Source: Candidatus Staskawiczbacteria bacterium (GTDB taxonomy: Bacteria > Patescibacteriota > Minisyncoccia > Minisyncoccales > Staskawiczbacteraceae). Taken from it: a stretch of 64,000 nt of DNA. Positions within the stretch are counted from its first letter, which is position 1. Each line of letters starts with the position of its first letter. The notes under the pieces were generated by a model. That model was not told where the DNA came from. It ran no database searches and saw only the letters and a program-made list of their open reading frames with translations. The DNA lies in assembly GCA_903928565.1 (NCBI GenBank), contig CAIYRH010000002.1, positions 28-64,027 of the forward strand, read 5' to 3'. Positions 8,452-16,520 of the stretch are shown here, one piece after another. Both the position numbers and the translations under genes were made by a program.

Positions 8452-8466
8452 TAAATAGTTAATTTT

Positions 8467-11022
8467 ATGGCTAAAGACGAAGATAAAAAAGAAAAACCAA
8501 AAGCGCACGAAGAAAGCAAATCAACAGACAACAACAGGGGAAATGTAAATCAGCGCGAAATGGTTACCGAACTAAAAGAATCATACATTGATTATGCAAT
8601 GTCGGTTATTGTGGCACGCGCTCTTCCCGATGTGAGAGACGGTTTAAAACCTGTTCACCGCAGAATTTTATTTGCAATGGCAGAATCGGGGTTGCGGTCT
8701 AACACAAAGCACAGAAAATCTATGGCGGTGGTTGGAGAAGTTTTGAAAAGTTATCACCCGCACGGAGACACCGCAGTTTACGAATCTTTAGTGCGCATGG
8801 CGCAAGATTTTAACATGAGATACACTTTGGTTGATGGCCAAGGAAACTTTGGTTCAATTGACGGCGACGGCGCTGCAGCTGCTAGGTACACAGAATGTAG
8901 GTTGTCAAAAATTGGTGACGAAATGTTAAAAGACATAGACAAAGACACCGTAAAATTTATTGACAACTACGACGGCATGACCACCGAGCCAACTGTTTTG
9001 CCAAGCCCATTGCCACAATTGCTTTTAAACGGTTCTTTGGGAATTGCTGTTGGAATGGCAACAAACATTCCGCCACACAACTTAACAGAAGTAATTGATG
9101 CTTCAATTCACATTCTAGAACACCCCAAGGCAGAAACAGAAGATTTATTTGAATTTGTGCAAGGCCCCGATTTTCCAACCGGTGGCATAATTTACGACCA
9201 AAAAGAAATAATTACCGCTTACTCTCAGGGCAAGGGCGCTATTTTAATGCGCGGGAAAGCCGATGTTGTTGAAAGAAAAGATGGCTCTGAGCAAATTATA
9301 ATTACAGAAATTCCATATCAAGTGTTAAAATCAACTTTGGTTGAACAAATGGCGGAATTAGTTTCTGAAAAAAAAGTGGAAGGAATAAAAGACATTAGGG
9401 ATTTGTCTGACAGGGAAGGAATGAGAATAGTAATTGACGTTAAAAAAAGCTACCAACCGCAAAGAATTTTAAACAGGCTTTATAAATTTACCAGTCTTCA
9501 AAAAACTTTTCATTTAAACTTGTTAGCATTAGTAGATGGCATTCAACCAGAAATTTTATCTTTGGCAGACGTTTTAAAATATTTTATAAAACACAGAGAA
9601 GAGGTTATTACCCGCCGAACAAAATTTGATTTAGAAAAGGCCAAAGAACGCGCTCACATTTTGGAAGGCTTAATGATTGCCTTAAAAAATATTGACGCGG
9701 TAATTCAAACAATTAAAAAATCTACAGACAAAGAAGAGGCCAGAATTAATTTAATTAAAAAATTTAAATTAACAGAAAGGCAAGCTGTGGCAATTCTTGA
9801 AATGAGATTGCAAACATTAGCTGGTTTAGAAAGAAAGAAAATAGAAGACGAATTAAAGGCAATTTTAGAAACCATAAAAGATTTAATGGCCATTTTAAAG
9901 AGCCCCGAAAAATTAAAAGCCATTATTAAAAAAGAACTTTTAGACATAAGAGAAAAATTTGGCGACAAAAGAAGAACAAAAGTTGTTAAAGGAAAATTAG
10001 GTGAAATTACCGAAGTTGATTTAGTGCCTCTTGAAGAAACAATTGTTACATTAACAACTGGTGGTTACATTAAAAGAATTAACCCAACAACTTACAAAAT
10101 TCAAAAACGCGGAGGTAAAGGAATTATGGGAATGAAAACAATGCAAGATGACATTGTTGAGCACTTTTTGACTGCCTCCACACACGACAATTTAATGTTT
10201 TTCACAGATTCTGGAAAAGTTTTCCAAACGCAGGTTTATGAAATTCCCGAGGGTAACAGGGTGGCGCGTGGCAGAGGTTTGTTAAACTTTTTGGAATTAT
10301 CTAGTGAAGAAAAAGTTTTGTCTTTAGTGCCAATGCCCGCCTCCGCTAAAGCTTCGGCAGGGCAAGCCCGGCAACAAAGCGAAGATAAGTATTTAGTAAT
10401 GATTACTAAAAATGGCAGAATTAAAAAAACTGCGTTGTCGGAATTTGAAAATGTTAGAAAAAGTGGAATTATTGCCATAAAACTTGAAAAAGGTGACGCC
10501 CTTAAAAAAGTTGTTAAAACAAGCGGCGAAGACGACATAATTTTGGCAACCAAAAATGGAACTTCAATTAGATTTAAAGAAAAAGACATTCGGCCAATGG
10601 GCAGAGGAGCTGCCGGCGTAAAAGGTTTGCGCTTAAAAGGTGGAGACGAAGTAATTGGAATGGATGTAATTACAAAAAAACCAACCAAACAATATTTATT
10701 AATTGTTATGGAAAATGGTTATGGCAAACGCACCGACATTTCGCAATATAAAACGCAAGGCCGAGGAGGTTCGGGAATTAAAACAGCAAAAATTACCAGC
10801 AAAACCGGCCACATTATTTTGTCTGCGGTTATAGACGAGCCTGCCACAGCACAAGGTTCTGGAGAAGCAACGGAAGATTTAATTGTTATTTCTCAGCATG
10901 GACAAGTTATTAGAACAAGTGTAAAATCAATATCTTTATTGGGTAGAGCCACTCAAGGAGTAAGAATTATGCGCTTAGACGATGGTGACAAGGTTGCCTC
11001 GGGGGCATGCTTAAAAGACTAG
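8467..11022 (+). CDS. gyrA: DNA gyrase subunit A
   Basis: 851 aa with [15 protein letters not shown], the active-site region [10 protein letters not shown], and C-terminal beta-pinwheel repeats. Confidence 0.95.
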   Translation: MAKDEDKKEKPKAHEESKSTDNNRGNVNQREMVTELKESYIDYAMSVIVARALPDVRDGLKPVHRRILFAMAESGLRSNTKHRKSMAVVGEVLKSYHPHGDTAVYESLVRMAQDFNMRYTLVDGQGNFGSIDGDGAAAARYTECRLSKIGDEMLKDIDKDTVKFIDNYDGMTTEPTVLPSPLPQLLLNGSLGIAVGMATNIPPHNLTEVIDASIHILEHPKAETEDLFEFVQGPDFPTGGIIYDQKEIITAYSQGKGAILMRGKADVVERKDGSEQIIITEIPYQVLKSTLVEQMAELVSEKKVEGIKDIRDLSDREGMRIVIDVKKSYQPQRILNRLYKFTSLQKTFHLNLLALVDGIQPEILSLADVLKYFIKHREEVITRRTKFDLEKAKERAHILEGLMIALKNIDAVIQTIKKSTDKEEARINLIKKFKLTERQAVAILEMRLQTLAGLERKKIEDELKAILETIKDLMAILKSPEKLKAIIKKELLDIREKFGDKRRTKVVKGKLGEITEVDLVPLEETIVTLTTGGYIKRINPTTYKIQKRGGKGIMGMKTMQDDIVEHFLTASTHDNLMFFTDSGKVFQTQVYEIPEGNRVARGRGLLNFLELSSEEKVLSLVPMPASAKASAGQARQQSEDKYLVMITKNGRIKKTALSEFENVRKSGIIAIKLEKGDALKKVVKTSGEDDIILATKNGTSIRFKEKDIRPMGRGAAGVKGLRLKGGDEVIGMDVITKKPTKQYLLIVMENGYGKRTDISQYKTQGRGGSGIKTAKITSKTGHIILSAVIDEPATAQGSGEATEDLIVISQHGQVIRTSVKSISLLGRATQGVRIMRLDDGDKVASGACLKD

Positions 11023-11075
11023 GTTTATCCACAGCCAAAAACATTGCATATGTTTTGTGTAAAGATGTATAATAT

Positions 11076-11636
11076 ATGAATATGAAAAAGGGTTATGTTC
11101 TTAGCTTAAGTTTGTTTGTTGGGTTGTTTTGTGTAGCGCCATTAGCTTTGGGCCAAATTAAAAATCCTTCAAATTACAACGATTTCCCCGCACTCCTTGG
11201 TGGATTGGCAGACAAAATTGGAATGCTTTTGGCTTCATTGGGAGCAATAATGATTGTAATTGCGGGAATATTTTATTTGCTTTCTGCCGGTGTGCCAGAG
11301 CGCGTTAACACAGCTAAAAAAGCCCTAATGTATGCTGTTGGTGGAATTATTGTTGGTTCAACAGCTGTTGCCATTTCCACTTGGGTGCAACAAGTTGCAC
11401 AAGGCAACGATGTAAATACAATTATTAACCAAATAGCCAGTTGGGCAGGAACATTTGTGTCTGCATTGGGTGGAATAATGTTTATTGTTGCAGGAATGAT
11501 TTACTTGCTTGCAGGTGGAGACCCAACAAAAATTAAAATGGCCAAAACCGCCCTTATTTATGCAGTAGCCGGCATTGCCATTGGATTACTAGCTACCACC
11601 ATTGTAGGAATAATAAGAACAGCAGCCGGTTTTTAA
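11076..11636 (+). CDS. TrbC/VirB2-like mini-pilin, duplicated (two modules)
   Basis: Signal peptide, then two copies of the module AG(I/M)(F/I)YLL(S/A)(A/G)G.P..(V/I)..AK.AL.YAV.G, each flanked by hydrophobic helices. Confidence 0.55.
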   Translation: MNMKKGYVLSLSLFVGLFCVAPLALGQIKNPSNYNDFPALLGGLADKIGMLLASLGAIMIVIAGIFYLLSAGVPERVNTAKKALMYAVGGIIVGSTAVAISTWVQQVAQGNDVNTIINQIASWAGTFVSALGGIMFIVAGMIYLLAGGDPTKIKMAKTALIYAVAGIAIGLLATTIVGIIRTAAGF

Positions 11637-11663
11637 CATATCAGCCAATTTTATAAAGGTCGC

Positions 11664-11699
11664 CGCCCCAGAAGGGGCGAGCCTCGCCCAAAGGGCGGG
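11664..11699. repeat. GC-rich twin-hairpin mini-element (intergenic copy)
   Basis: CGCCCC-AGAA-GGGGCG followed by C(T)CGCCC-AAA-GGGCG(G)G in an otherwise AT-rich spacer. Confidence 0.6.
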
Positions 11700-11741
11700 T
11701 AAAAAAAGAAAAAAATTAAAACAACAAAGTAAATTAAAAAA

Positions 11742-12074
11742 ATGAAAAAAATTACATTAAGTTCAGTTGTAGTTAGTGCACTAACATTACCTTTTTTGGC
11801 ATTTGCCATTGATTCAAGCACACCTCCACAAGAAGCTTCAATAAGCGACTTCCCAACATTAATTGCCCTAATTGAAAAAGTTATGTGGTGGGTTTTTGGA
11901 GCCATTGCAGTTATTATGTTTGTGGTGGCAGGTATTTTGTTTTTAACAGCTCAAGGACAACCAGAAAAAGTTCAAGCAGCAAGAAGCGCCTTTATTTGGG
12001 GAATTGCCGGCGTGGTAGTTGGAATTATTGCCTATTCAATTTTGGCAATCATTGGAAACGGCCTAGGTGTATAG
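11742..12074 (+). CDS. TrbC/VirB2-like mini-pilin
   Basis: 110 aa. Signal peptide, then helix - AGILFLTAQGQPEKVQAARSA - helix. Paralog of its neighbours. Confidence 0.55.
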   Translation: MKKITLSSVVVSALTLPFLAFAIDSSTPPQEASISDFPTLIALIEKVMWWVFGAIAVIMFVVAGILFLTAQGQPEKVQAARSAFIWGIAGVVVGIIAYSILAIIGNGLGV

Positions 12075-12107
12075 TTAGAGTCTATTTATGAATTTTTGGT
12101 TTTTGTA

Positions 12108-12129
12108 CCCGCGGCCTTCGGGCCGCGGG
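12108..12129. repeat. GC-rich palindromic hairpin
   Basis: CCCGCGGCC-TTCG-GGCCGCGGG, a perfect 9-bp stem with no downstream U-tract. Confidence 0.55.
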
Positions 12130-12154
12130 GCAAAAACCTAGCAAACTTTTTAAA

Positions 12155-12478
12155 ATGAAAAAATTATCGCTTTTAACTTTGTTAGCGGGTTTAACTTTGC
12201 CTTTTGGTTTGGTTTCTGCTCAAAATTTAGGCAAATACGGAAACAGCATTTATCTTGGAGACATTTTGGCCAGTATTGAAACAACAACTTGGGTTATTTT
12301 CAGCTGTATTGTTGTGGTTTGTTTTGTAATTTCTGGCATTGCTTTTTTAACAGCGCAGGGTGCACCAGAAAAATTAAAATTAGCAAAAGCCGCCGTTTTG
12401 TGGGGAGGAGCAGGCGTGGTTGTTGGAATTATTGCCTATTCAATTGAAGTTATTATTGGCTCGGCGTTGGGAGTTTAA
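12155..12478 (+). CDS. TrbC/VirB2-like mini-pilin
   Basis: 107 aa with SGIAFLTAQGAPEKLKLAKAA between two hydrophobic helices, plus a signal peptide. Confidence 0.55.
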   Translation: MKKLSLLTLLAGLTLPFGLVSAQNLGKYGNSIYLGDILASIETTTWVIFSCIVVVCFVISGIAFLTAQGAPEKLKLAKAAVLWGGAGVVVGIIAYSIEVIIGSALGV

Positions 12479-12506
12479 ATTTTGCAAACAAAATATTTAA
12501 AATACT

Positions 12507-12824
12507 ATGAAGAATAAAAAATTTAAGTTTTTAATTTTATTATTGTCAGTTTTACTTTTGCCAGCAATGGCGTTTGCTGCTAATAATACTACCGTGCAGG
12601 GCATAGTTGATGCTGCTGTTGCAACAACTTTTTACATTGCCGACGGTGTGGTGGTAATTCTTTGGGTTGTTACTGGGTTTTTATTTTTAACAGCACAGGG
12701 CGCACCAGAAAAAGTTAAAGTAGCAAAAGCTGCTTTATTTGCTGCTGCTGTGGGCACGGTGGTGGTTATTGTGGCAAACTCGGCGGTTTACTTGGTAAGC
12801 GACGCCTTTAATCTTGGACTTTAA
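12507..12824 (+). CDS. TrbC/VirB2-like mini-pilin
   Basis: 105 aa with the TGFLFLTAQGAPEKVKVAKAA core and a signal peptide. Confidence 0.55.
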   Translation: MKNKKFKFLILLLSVLLLPAMAFAANNTTVQGIVDAAVATTFYIADGVVVILWVVTGFLFLTAQGAPEKVKVAKAALFAAAVGTVVVIVANSAVYLVSDAFNLGL

Positions 12825-12851
12825 ATTAAAATTTATTAATTAAAAAAAATC

Positions 12852-13181
12852 ATGAACAAAAAAATATTTTTAGCCTTAATAGCCGTTGCAGTGATTGCGC
12901 CGGTTATGTCTTATGCTGCTGGTACTAATAATGCTTGCGACGTTATTAATGCTTTTAAAACTATATTTGAGCAAGTTGGGTCCGCTGTTGTTATAATTGG
13001 TTGGATTATTACAGGGGTTCTTTATTTGTTGGCAGGTGGAGACCCAGGTAAAATTAAAACAGCAAAGGCGGCTTTAGTGGCTTGCGTTATTGGTACGGCT
13101 GTAATTGTTTTATCGGTAACAGCTTTTACTTTTGTGAATAGCGCTTTGAATTTAGGCGGTACTCAAGGATCTCAGTGTTAA
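12852..13181 (+). CDS. TrbC/VirB2-like mini-pilin
   Basis: 109 aa with the TGVLYLLAGGDPGKIKTAKAA core and a signal peptide. Confidence 0.55.
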   Translation: MNKKIFLALIAVAVIAPVMSYAAGTNNACDVINAFKTIFEQVGSAVVIIGWIITGVLYLLAGGDPGKIKTAKAALVACVIGTAVIVLSVTAFTFVNSALNLGGTQGSQC

Positions 13182-13199
13182 TATAAATATAAATAAAGA

Positions 13200-13235
13200 G
13201 GGCGCCCGCAAATTGCAGGGCGCCCTTTTGTTTTG
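13200..13235 (+). terminator. Intrinsic terminator of the mini-pilin array
   Basis: GGGCGCCC-GCAAATTGCA-GGGCGCCC followed by TTTTGTTTTG. Confidence 0.6.
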
Positions 13236-13258
13236 TCTCGCCCCATGTGGGCGAGACC

Positions 13259-13843
13259 CTATTGCCCGGTTGCTTCGGCCATTGTTCTATTGGCAACGGC
13301 CTCGGCGTCATGAGCAAGTTCCCAAGTGCGCTGGGCAGTATAGTCCTTGGCACCATAGCGAGCCTCGGCATCTTGGGCGTGGCTCCGAATCTCCTCGGCC
13401 TTTTTGACCAGTCGGTTCGCTTGTGCGATTCGATTGTTCCGTAGGTCCGCCAGTGTTATTGGCCGAACTGCGGGCTGTGGTGCCGTGGCGGGCGACGCTG
13501 GCGGTGGCATTGCTAGTGGTGGCGGTGATGCCGGTGGCGGATTTACTCCGGCCCGCATTTGCGCCATCGCCGACTTCATTGCCGACATTTCGGCGTTGAG
13601 GCCGTTGATGACGCTCGTCAGCCGGACGATTTCCGCCACTTCCTGCTGGCTTGCAGGAGCGGGCGTCGTCGTGGTTGCTGGTGCTGGTGCCGTCGCCGTG
13701 GCTGGGGCGGTCGTCTTCTTCTCGACGACCGTTTCAGTCGTCGTTGTCACGACTGTTGCCGGCTTGTAGCAGTTTCTTAGGCTGCATACAATTGCCAACA
13801 GCAAGACGCCGACTAACAGGGCTCCGAATTTCTTGATGTCCAT
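13259..13843 (-). CDS. Orphan high-GC membrane-anchored/secreted protein, 194 aa
   Basis: N-terminal anchor MDIKKFGALLVGVLLLAIV, T/A/P linker, amphipathic helix (EVAEIVRLTSVINGLNAEMSAMKSAMAQM), Pro-rich block, helical tail. Has its own promoter. Confidence 0.7.
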   Translation of the reverse strand: MDIKKFGALLVGVLLLAIVCSLRNCYKPATVVTTTTETVVEKKTTAPATATAPAPATTTTPAPASQQEVAEIVRLTSVINGLNAEMSAMKSAMAQMRAGVNPPPASPPPLAMPPPASPATAPQPAVRPITLADLRNNRIAQANRLVKKAEEIRSHAQDAEARYGAKDYTAQRTWELAHDAEAVANRTMAEATGQ

Positions 13844-13917
13844 ATGATTAGTCTGGTTTGGTTGGTGGGGTTGGGGAGTTAAGTTCTCAATGAGCGGTCA
13901 GGCTCATTCATACATTT

Positions 13918-13946
13918 ACTATATCATAGTAAAAACATACTGTCAA
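13918..13946 (-). promoter_or_regulatory. Sigma70-type promoter of the 194-aa gene
   Basis: Minus sense: ccTTGACA (plus 13941-13946) - 17 nt ending TGa - TATAGT (plus 13918-13923). Confidence 0.6.
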
Positions 13947-13957
13947 GGGTTTGCGCG

Positions 13958-14000
13958 AAAAAAAATGGCGGTGCACTCGAAATGAATCGAGAACACCGCC
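13958..14000 (-). terminator. Intrinsic terminator of the 484-aa gene
   Basis: Minus sense: GGCGGTGTTCTCGA-TTCATT-TCGAGTGCACCGCC (14-position stem, one mismatch, one G-U) followed by ATTTTTTTT. Confidence 0.75.
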
Positions 14001-14024
14001 CTTGGGTTTATTGTTTTGAGCTTG

Positions 14025-15479
14025 TTACCTTCCGCGGCCGCCTGAGCGACCGCCCGTTGAGCGCATTGGCGCCGAATGCTGCACTGGTGCAGAACGTTGC
14101 ATTTGGCGCGGTTGCGCCATTGGACGTTGCTGTACCGGAGCGCGTTGTTGCACGCGTTGTTGCATTTGGCGTGGCTGTTGCACGCGTTGTTGCTGGACGC
14201 GTTGGTTGCGGTACGTAGCAGACGGTGCCACGCGCTGCTGTGGCTGACGTGTCACAAAACGCGATGACTGCCGGTTCGGCTGGTTGCGGATGGTCTGTTG
14301 GTAGCCGTTGCGACTACCGTTCGAGTTTCCGCGGTTAGCCAAGTTGCCGTTGCCAGTTGGGCTCTGCGAGTGCCTGGCACTTTGCTGGCCACCGGTTGAA
14401 CCGGGGGAACGCGAGTGGCTCGCACTCTGCTGGCCACCGGTTGAACCCGGTGTTCGCGAGTGGTTGTTCGCAATTTTGGCGTTGTCGCCGTTGTTGTTGT
14501 GACGGCTCAAGGTGCTCGTCACGCCGGCATTGCTGCCAGTGCCGGTGGTGCCGTTGGTGCCGGTGTGGGCGTTGCGCCCAGTGCCGTTGTTGCCAACGGT
14601 TCCGGTGTTGCCTGTGTTGCCAGCGCCCGTGTTGCCGTTGGTCCCGGCTCCGGCATTCCTGCCGGTGCCATTCCCAACGAAATTTGGGTCATCTTGTGGG
14701 CCAGGGCCCCTTCCGTCGGGGCACGTTACCGTGCCACCGCCACCACCACCTCCGTGGTGGTTGCCGTGGTTGTTGCCACACTGCTGGCGCTGCTGTTGCC
14801 ATTGGCCACATTGCTGCGGCATGGGCGGGTAAAAGAACCCACCCTGTTGTTGCGACTGGCACTGCGTTTGCTGCTGTTGTTGGCACTGCACCACGGGTGG
14901 TTGGAAATTATATCCACCACCGGCACCGTAGGACTGAGTTTGCGGGTACATGAACCCGCTGCCGACCTGTGAGGTTTCGGCGGACAAGCTGACGGCGACG
15001 TTCACGTCGCTGCCGCTGCTGTACGGTTGCTGTTGGTAGTCGGTAGTAGTCCCAGTCGTATACAATGACTGACGTCCTTGATAGCACGACGGGCATGAAC
15101 GCGAATACGAACCGCGGGCGCCGTAACGGGTGTTGTCGGCGCACAGTTGTCCTTGTTGACCCAACGTATCCAGAAAACCCTTGAACTCGGCAGCCAAGTT
15201 TTTGACCTCGTCGGCCACGTTCTTGACCTGTTCCGAGATTGATACGACCTGGCCGGTTAGCCAAGTAACTTGTTCCCCTAAACGGTTGGTCATGGGGTCA
15301 CGAGCTAGCGGGATTGGTTGGACCGGCGCGGGGGCCGGGGTTACGGTTGTGGTTGTGGTGGTTTGTTTCTCGGTGGCTGTGACGCCACCGACCGGCTTGC
15401 CATCGTCTCCAGCGTAAAGCGGAGGCACGGCGAGAATCATCGAGGCGAAAAATGTCGCCATTGTTGCGATGGTTTTCAT
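14025..15479 (-). CDS. Orphan high-GC secreted low-complexity (Q/N/G/T-rich) protein, 484 aa
   Basis: From ATG 15479: signal peptide MKTIATMATFFASMILAVPPLYAG, T/P linker, amphipathic helix, Cys/Gln-rich core, G7 run, N/T/G block, 45-nt tandem repeats, QQRVQQ repeats. The ORF-track start 15602 lies inside the promoter. Confidence 0.7.
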   Translation of the reverse strand: MKTIATMATFFASMILAVPPLYAGDDGKPVGGVTATEKQTTTTTTVTPAPAPVQPIPLARDPMTNRLGEQVTWLTGQVVSISEQVKNVADEVKNLAAEFKGFLDTLGQQGQLCADNTRYGARGSYSRSCPSCYQGRQSLYTTGTTTDYQQQPYSSGSDVNVAVSLSAETSQVGSGFMYPQTQSYGAGGGYNFQPPVVQCQQQQQTQCQSQQQGGFFYPPMPQQCGQWQQQRQQCGNNHGNHHGGGGGGGTVTCPDGRGPGPQDDPNFVGNGTGRNAGAGTNGNTGAGNTGNTGTVGNNGTGRNAHTGTNGTTGTGSNAGVTSTLSRHNNNGDNAKIANNHSRTPGSTGGQQSASHSRSPGSTGGQQSARHSQSPTGNGNLANRGNSNGSRNGYQQTIRNQPNRQSSRFVTRQPQQRVAPSATYRNQRVQQQRVQQPRQMQQRVQQRAPVQQRPMAQPRQMQRSAPVQHSAPMRSTGGRSGGRGR

Positions 15480-15601
15480 GAGGTTGTTGGGGTTGGTTTG
15501 GGGTTGAGGGTTTGAGGTTGATGGTTCATCAACAGAAAGCTTCCTGACGCGAGTCAGAAAAAGGTAAAAGCTTCGAGATGTCAATGAACCACTGATATGC
15601 A

Positions 15602-15630
15602 AACCATATCATATATATGCCTTGCTGTCA
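15602..15630 (-). promoter_or_regulatory. Sigma70-type promoter of the 484-aa gene
   Basis: Minus sense: ccTTGACA (plus 15625-15630) - 17 nt ending TGa - TATGGT (plus 15602-15607). Confidence 0.6.
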
Positions 15631-15729
15631 AGGCTAATTCACATATTTTTCGTCACGATAATTATAATAAAAATTTATGAATTGAATATTAATTATTATT
15701 TTGTTATACTGGGGTAAAATTACAAATAA

Positions 15730-15811
15730 GCCGGCGTGGCGGAATTGGCATACGCGCATGCCTTAGAAGCATGTTTCGCAAGAATTGTGAGTTCGAGTCT
15801 CACCGCCGGCA
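15730..15811 (+). tRNA. tRNA-Leu (anticodon UAG)
   Basis: Acceptor GCCGGCG/CGCCGGC, anticodon stem CATGC/GCATG, loop CTTAGAA, long variable arm, T-arm GTGAG-TTCGAGT-CTCAC. Confidence 0.85.
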
Positions 15812-15815
15812 CACT

Positions 15816-15841
15816 AAAAAACCGCTTTAATGCGGTTTTTT
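15816..15841 (+). terminator. Intrinsic terminator after tRNA-Leu
   Basis: AAAAAACCGC-TTTAAT-GCGGTTTTTT. Confidence 0.7.
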
Positions 15842-15856
15842 AATTTGAGCGAGTTA

Positions 15857-15951
15857 AAGCGAGGCAATAAACTTTTTGTAGACCCAGGTCCACTTGCCCG
15901 AAGAGGCAAAGGGGGTAACCTGCATCGGAAAAAAGTTTGTTGCCGAGCGTT
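15857..15951 (-). repeat. 95-nt structured repeat, copy B
   Basis: Reverse complement is 90/95 identical to 8188-8282. It begins 2 nt after the hsp20 stop (15954-15956), in the same sense as that gene. Confidence 0.75.
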
Positions 15952-15953
15952 AT

Positions 15954-16442
15954 TTATGAAGTTTTTACGCCAATTTTTCCATTTCCGTTTGCGGGCCCGT
16001 TTTTTGGAATTTTAATTGTTAAAATTCCCTTGTCAATTTGTGCATCGGCGTTGTCTATGTCAACATTTTCTGGCAAAACAACTTTTCTGGAAAATGGCCC
16101 CCAATAACATTCTTGATAAAAATATTTTTTATCTGGGTGGTTGTGCGGGTCGCAACGGTTGCCTTTAATAACCATCATATCTTTTTCCAAAGAAATATCC
16201 ATGTCTTTTATTTGCACTCCGGCAATTGTGGCTAAAACCACAAAGTCTGCGTTGGTTTCATAAACATCAACAACAAGTTCGCCGTCTTGGTCAAAAATGT
16301 TGTCTGAATTTGTGGCAGGTTGAGCAGTTGTGGGTGCGGGCGCGGGAGCAGGAGCGGGTTCTGTTGTTGGCGGCTCTGGTTCAGTTGTTATTGGTTGTGG
16401 CTCGTCTGCTGTTAGAATTGCTTTTTTTGTTTTTCTTGGCAT
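15954..16442 (-). CDS. Hsp20/alpha-crystallin small heat-shock protein
   Basis: 162 aa with an alpha-crystallin domain (LVVDVYETNADFVVLATIAGVQIKDMDISL...GILTIKIPK) after a P/T/A-rich N-terminal extension. Confidence 0.85.
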   Translation of the reverse strand: MPRKTKKAILTADEPQPITTEPEPPTTEPAPAPAPAPTTAQPATNSDNIFDQDGELVVDVYETNADFVVLATIAGVQIKDMDISLEKDMMVIKGNRCDPHNHPDKKYFYQECYWGPFSRKVVLPENVDIDNADAQIDKGILTIKIPKNGPANGNGKIGVKTS

Positions 16443-16520
16443 ATTTTTAAAAAAATTAATAAATTAACTTTTAAATCCTTTAACTCATTATAGAAAAATC
16501 ATAAACTATTGCAAGTTTTT

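Noticed and set aside
11651-11905. 84-aa minus-strand ORF spanning the spacer between mini-pilin genes 1 and 2.
   Set aside because: It overlaps the start of a well-supported plus-strand paralog and runs through the GC-hairpin element. Its translation has no coding-like features.
12108-12129. GC-rich 9-bp hairpin after the second mini-pilin gene considered as a rho-independent terminator. The same applies to the hairpin at 13235-13257 for the 194-aa gene.
   Set aside because: No U-tract follows in the relevant transcription direction. They fit better with the dispersed GC-rich palindromic element family, though a terminator or stabiliser role cannot be excluded.
13404-15515. Plus-strand and alternative-frame ORFs across island 2 (13404-13769, 14357-14953, 14460-14972 and others).
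   Set aside because: Same high-GC shadow effect. Their translations are Arg/Cys/Gly-rich nonsense-like sequences with no start or expression signals.
2800-15650. Calling the high-GC islands prophage, transposon or integrative elements.
   Set aside because: I saw no integrase, transposase, terminal inverted repeats or flanking direct repeats at the island borders. They are therefore reported as compositional islands, not annotated as mobile elements. An assembly chimera remains an untested alternative.
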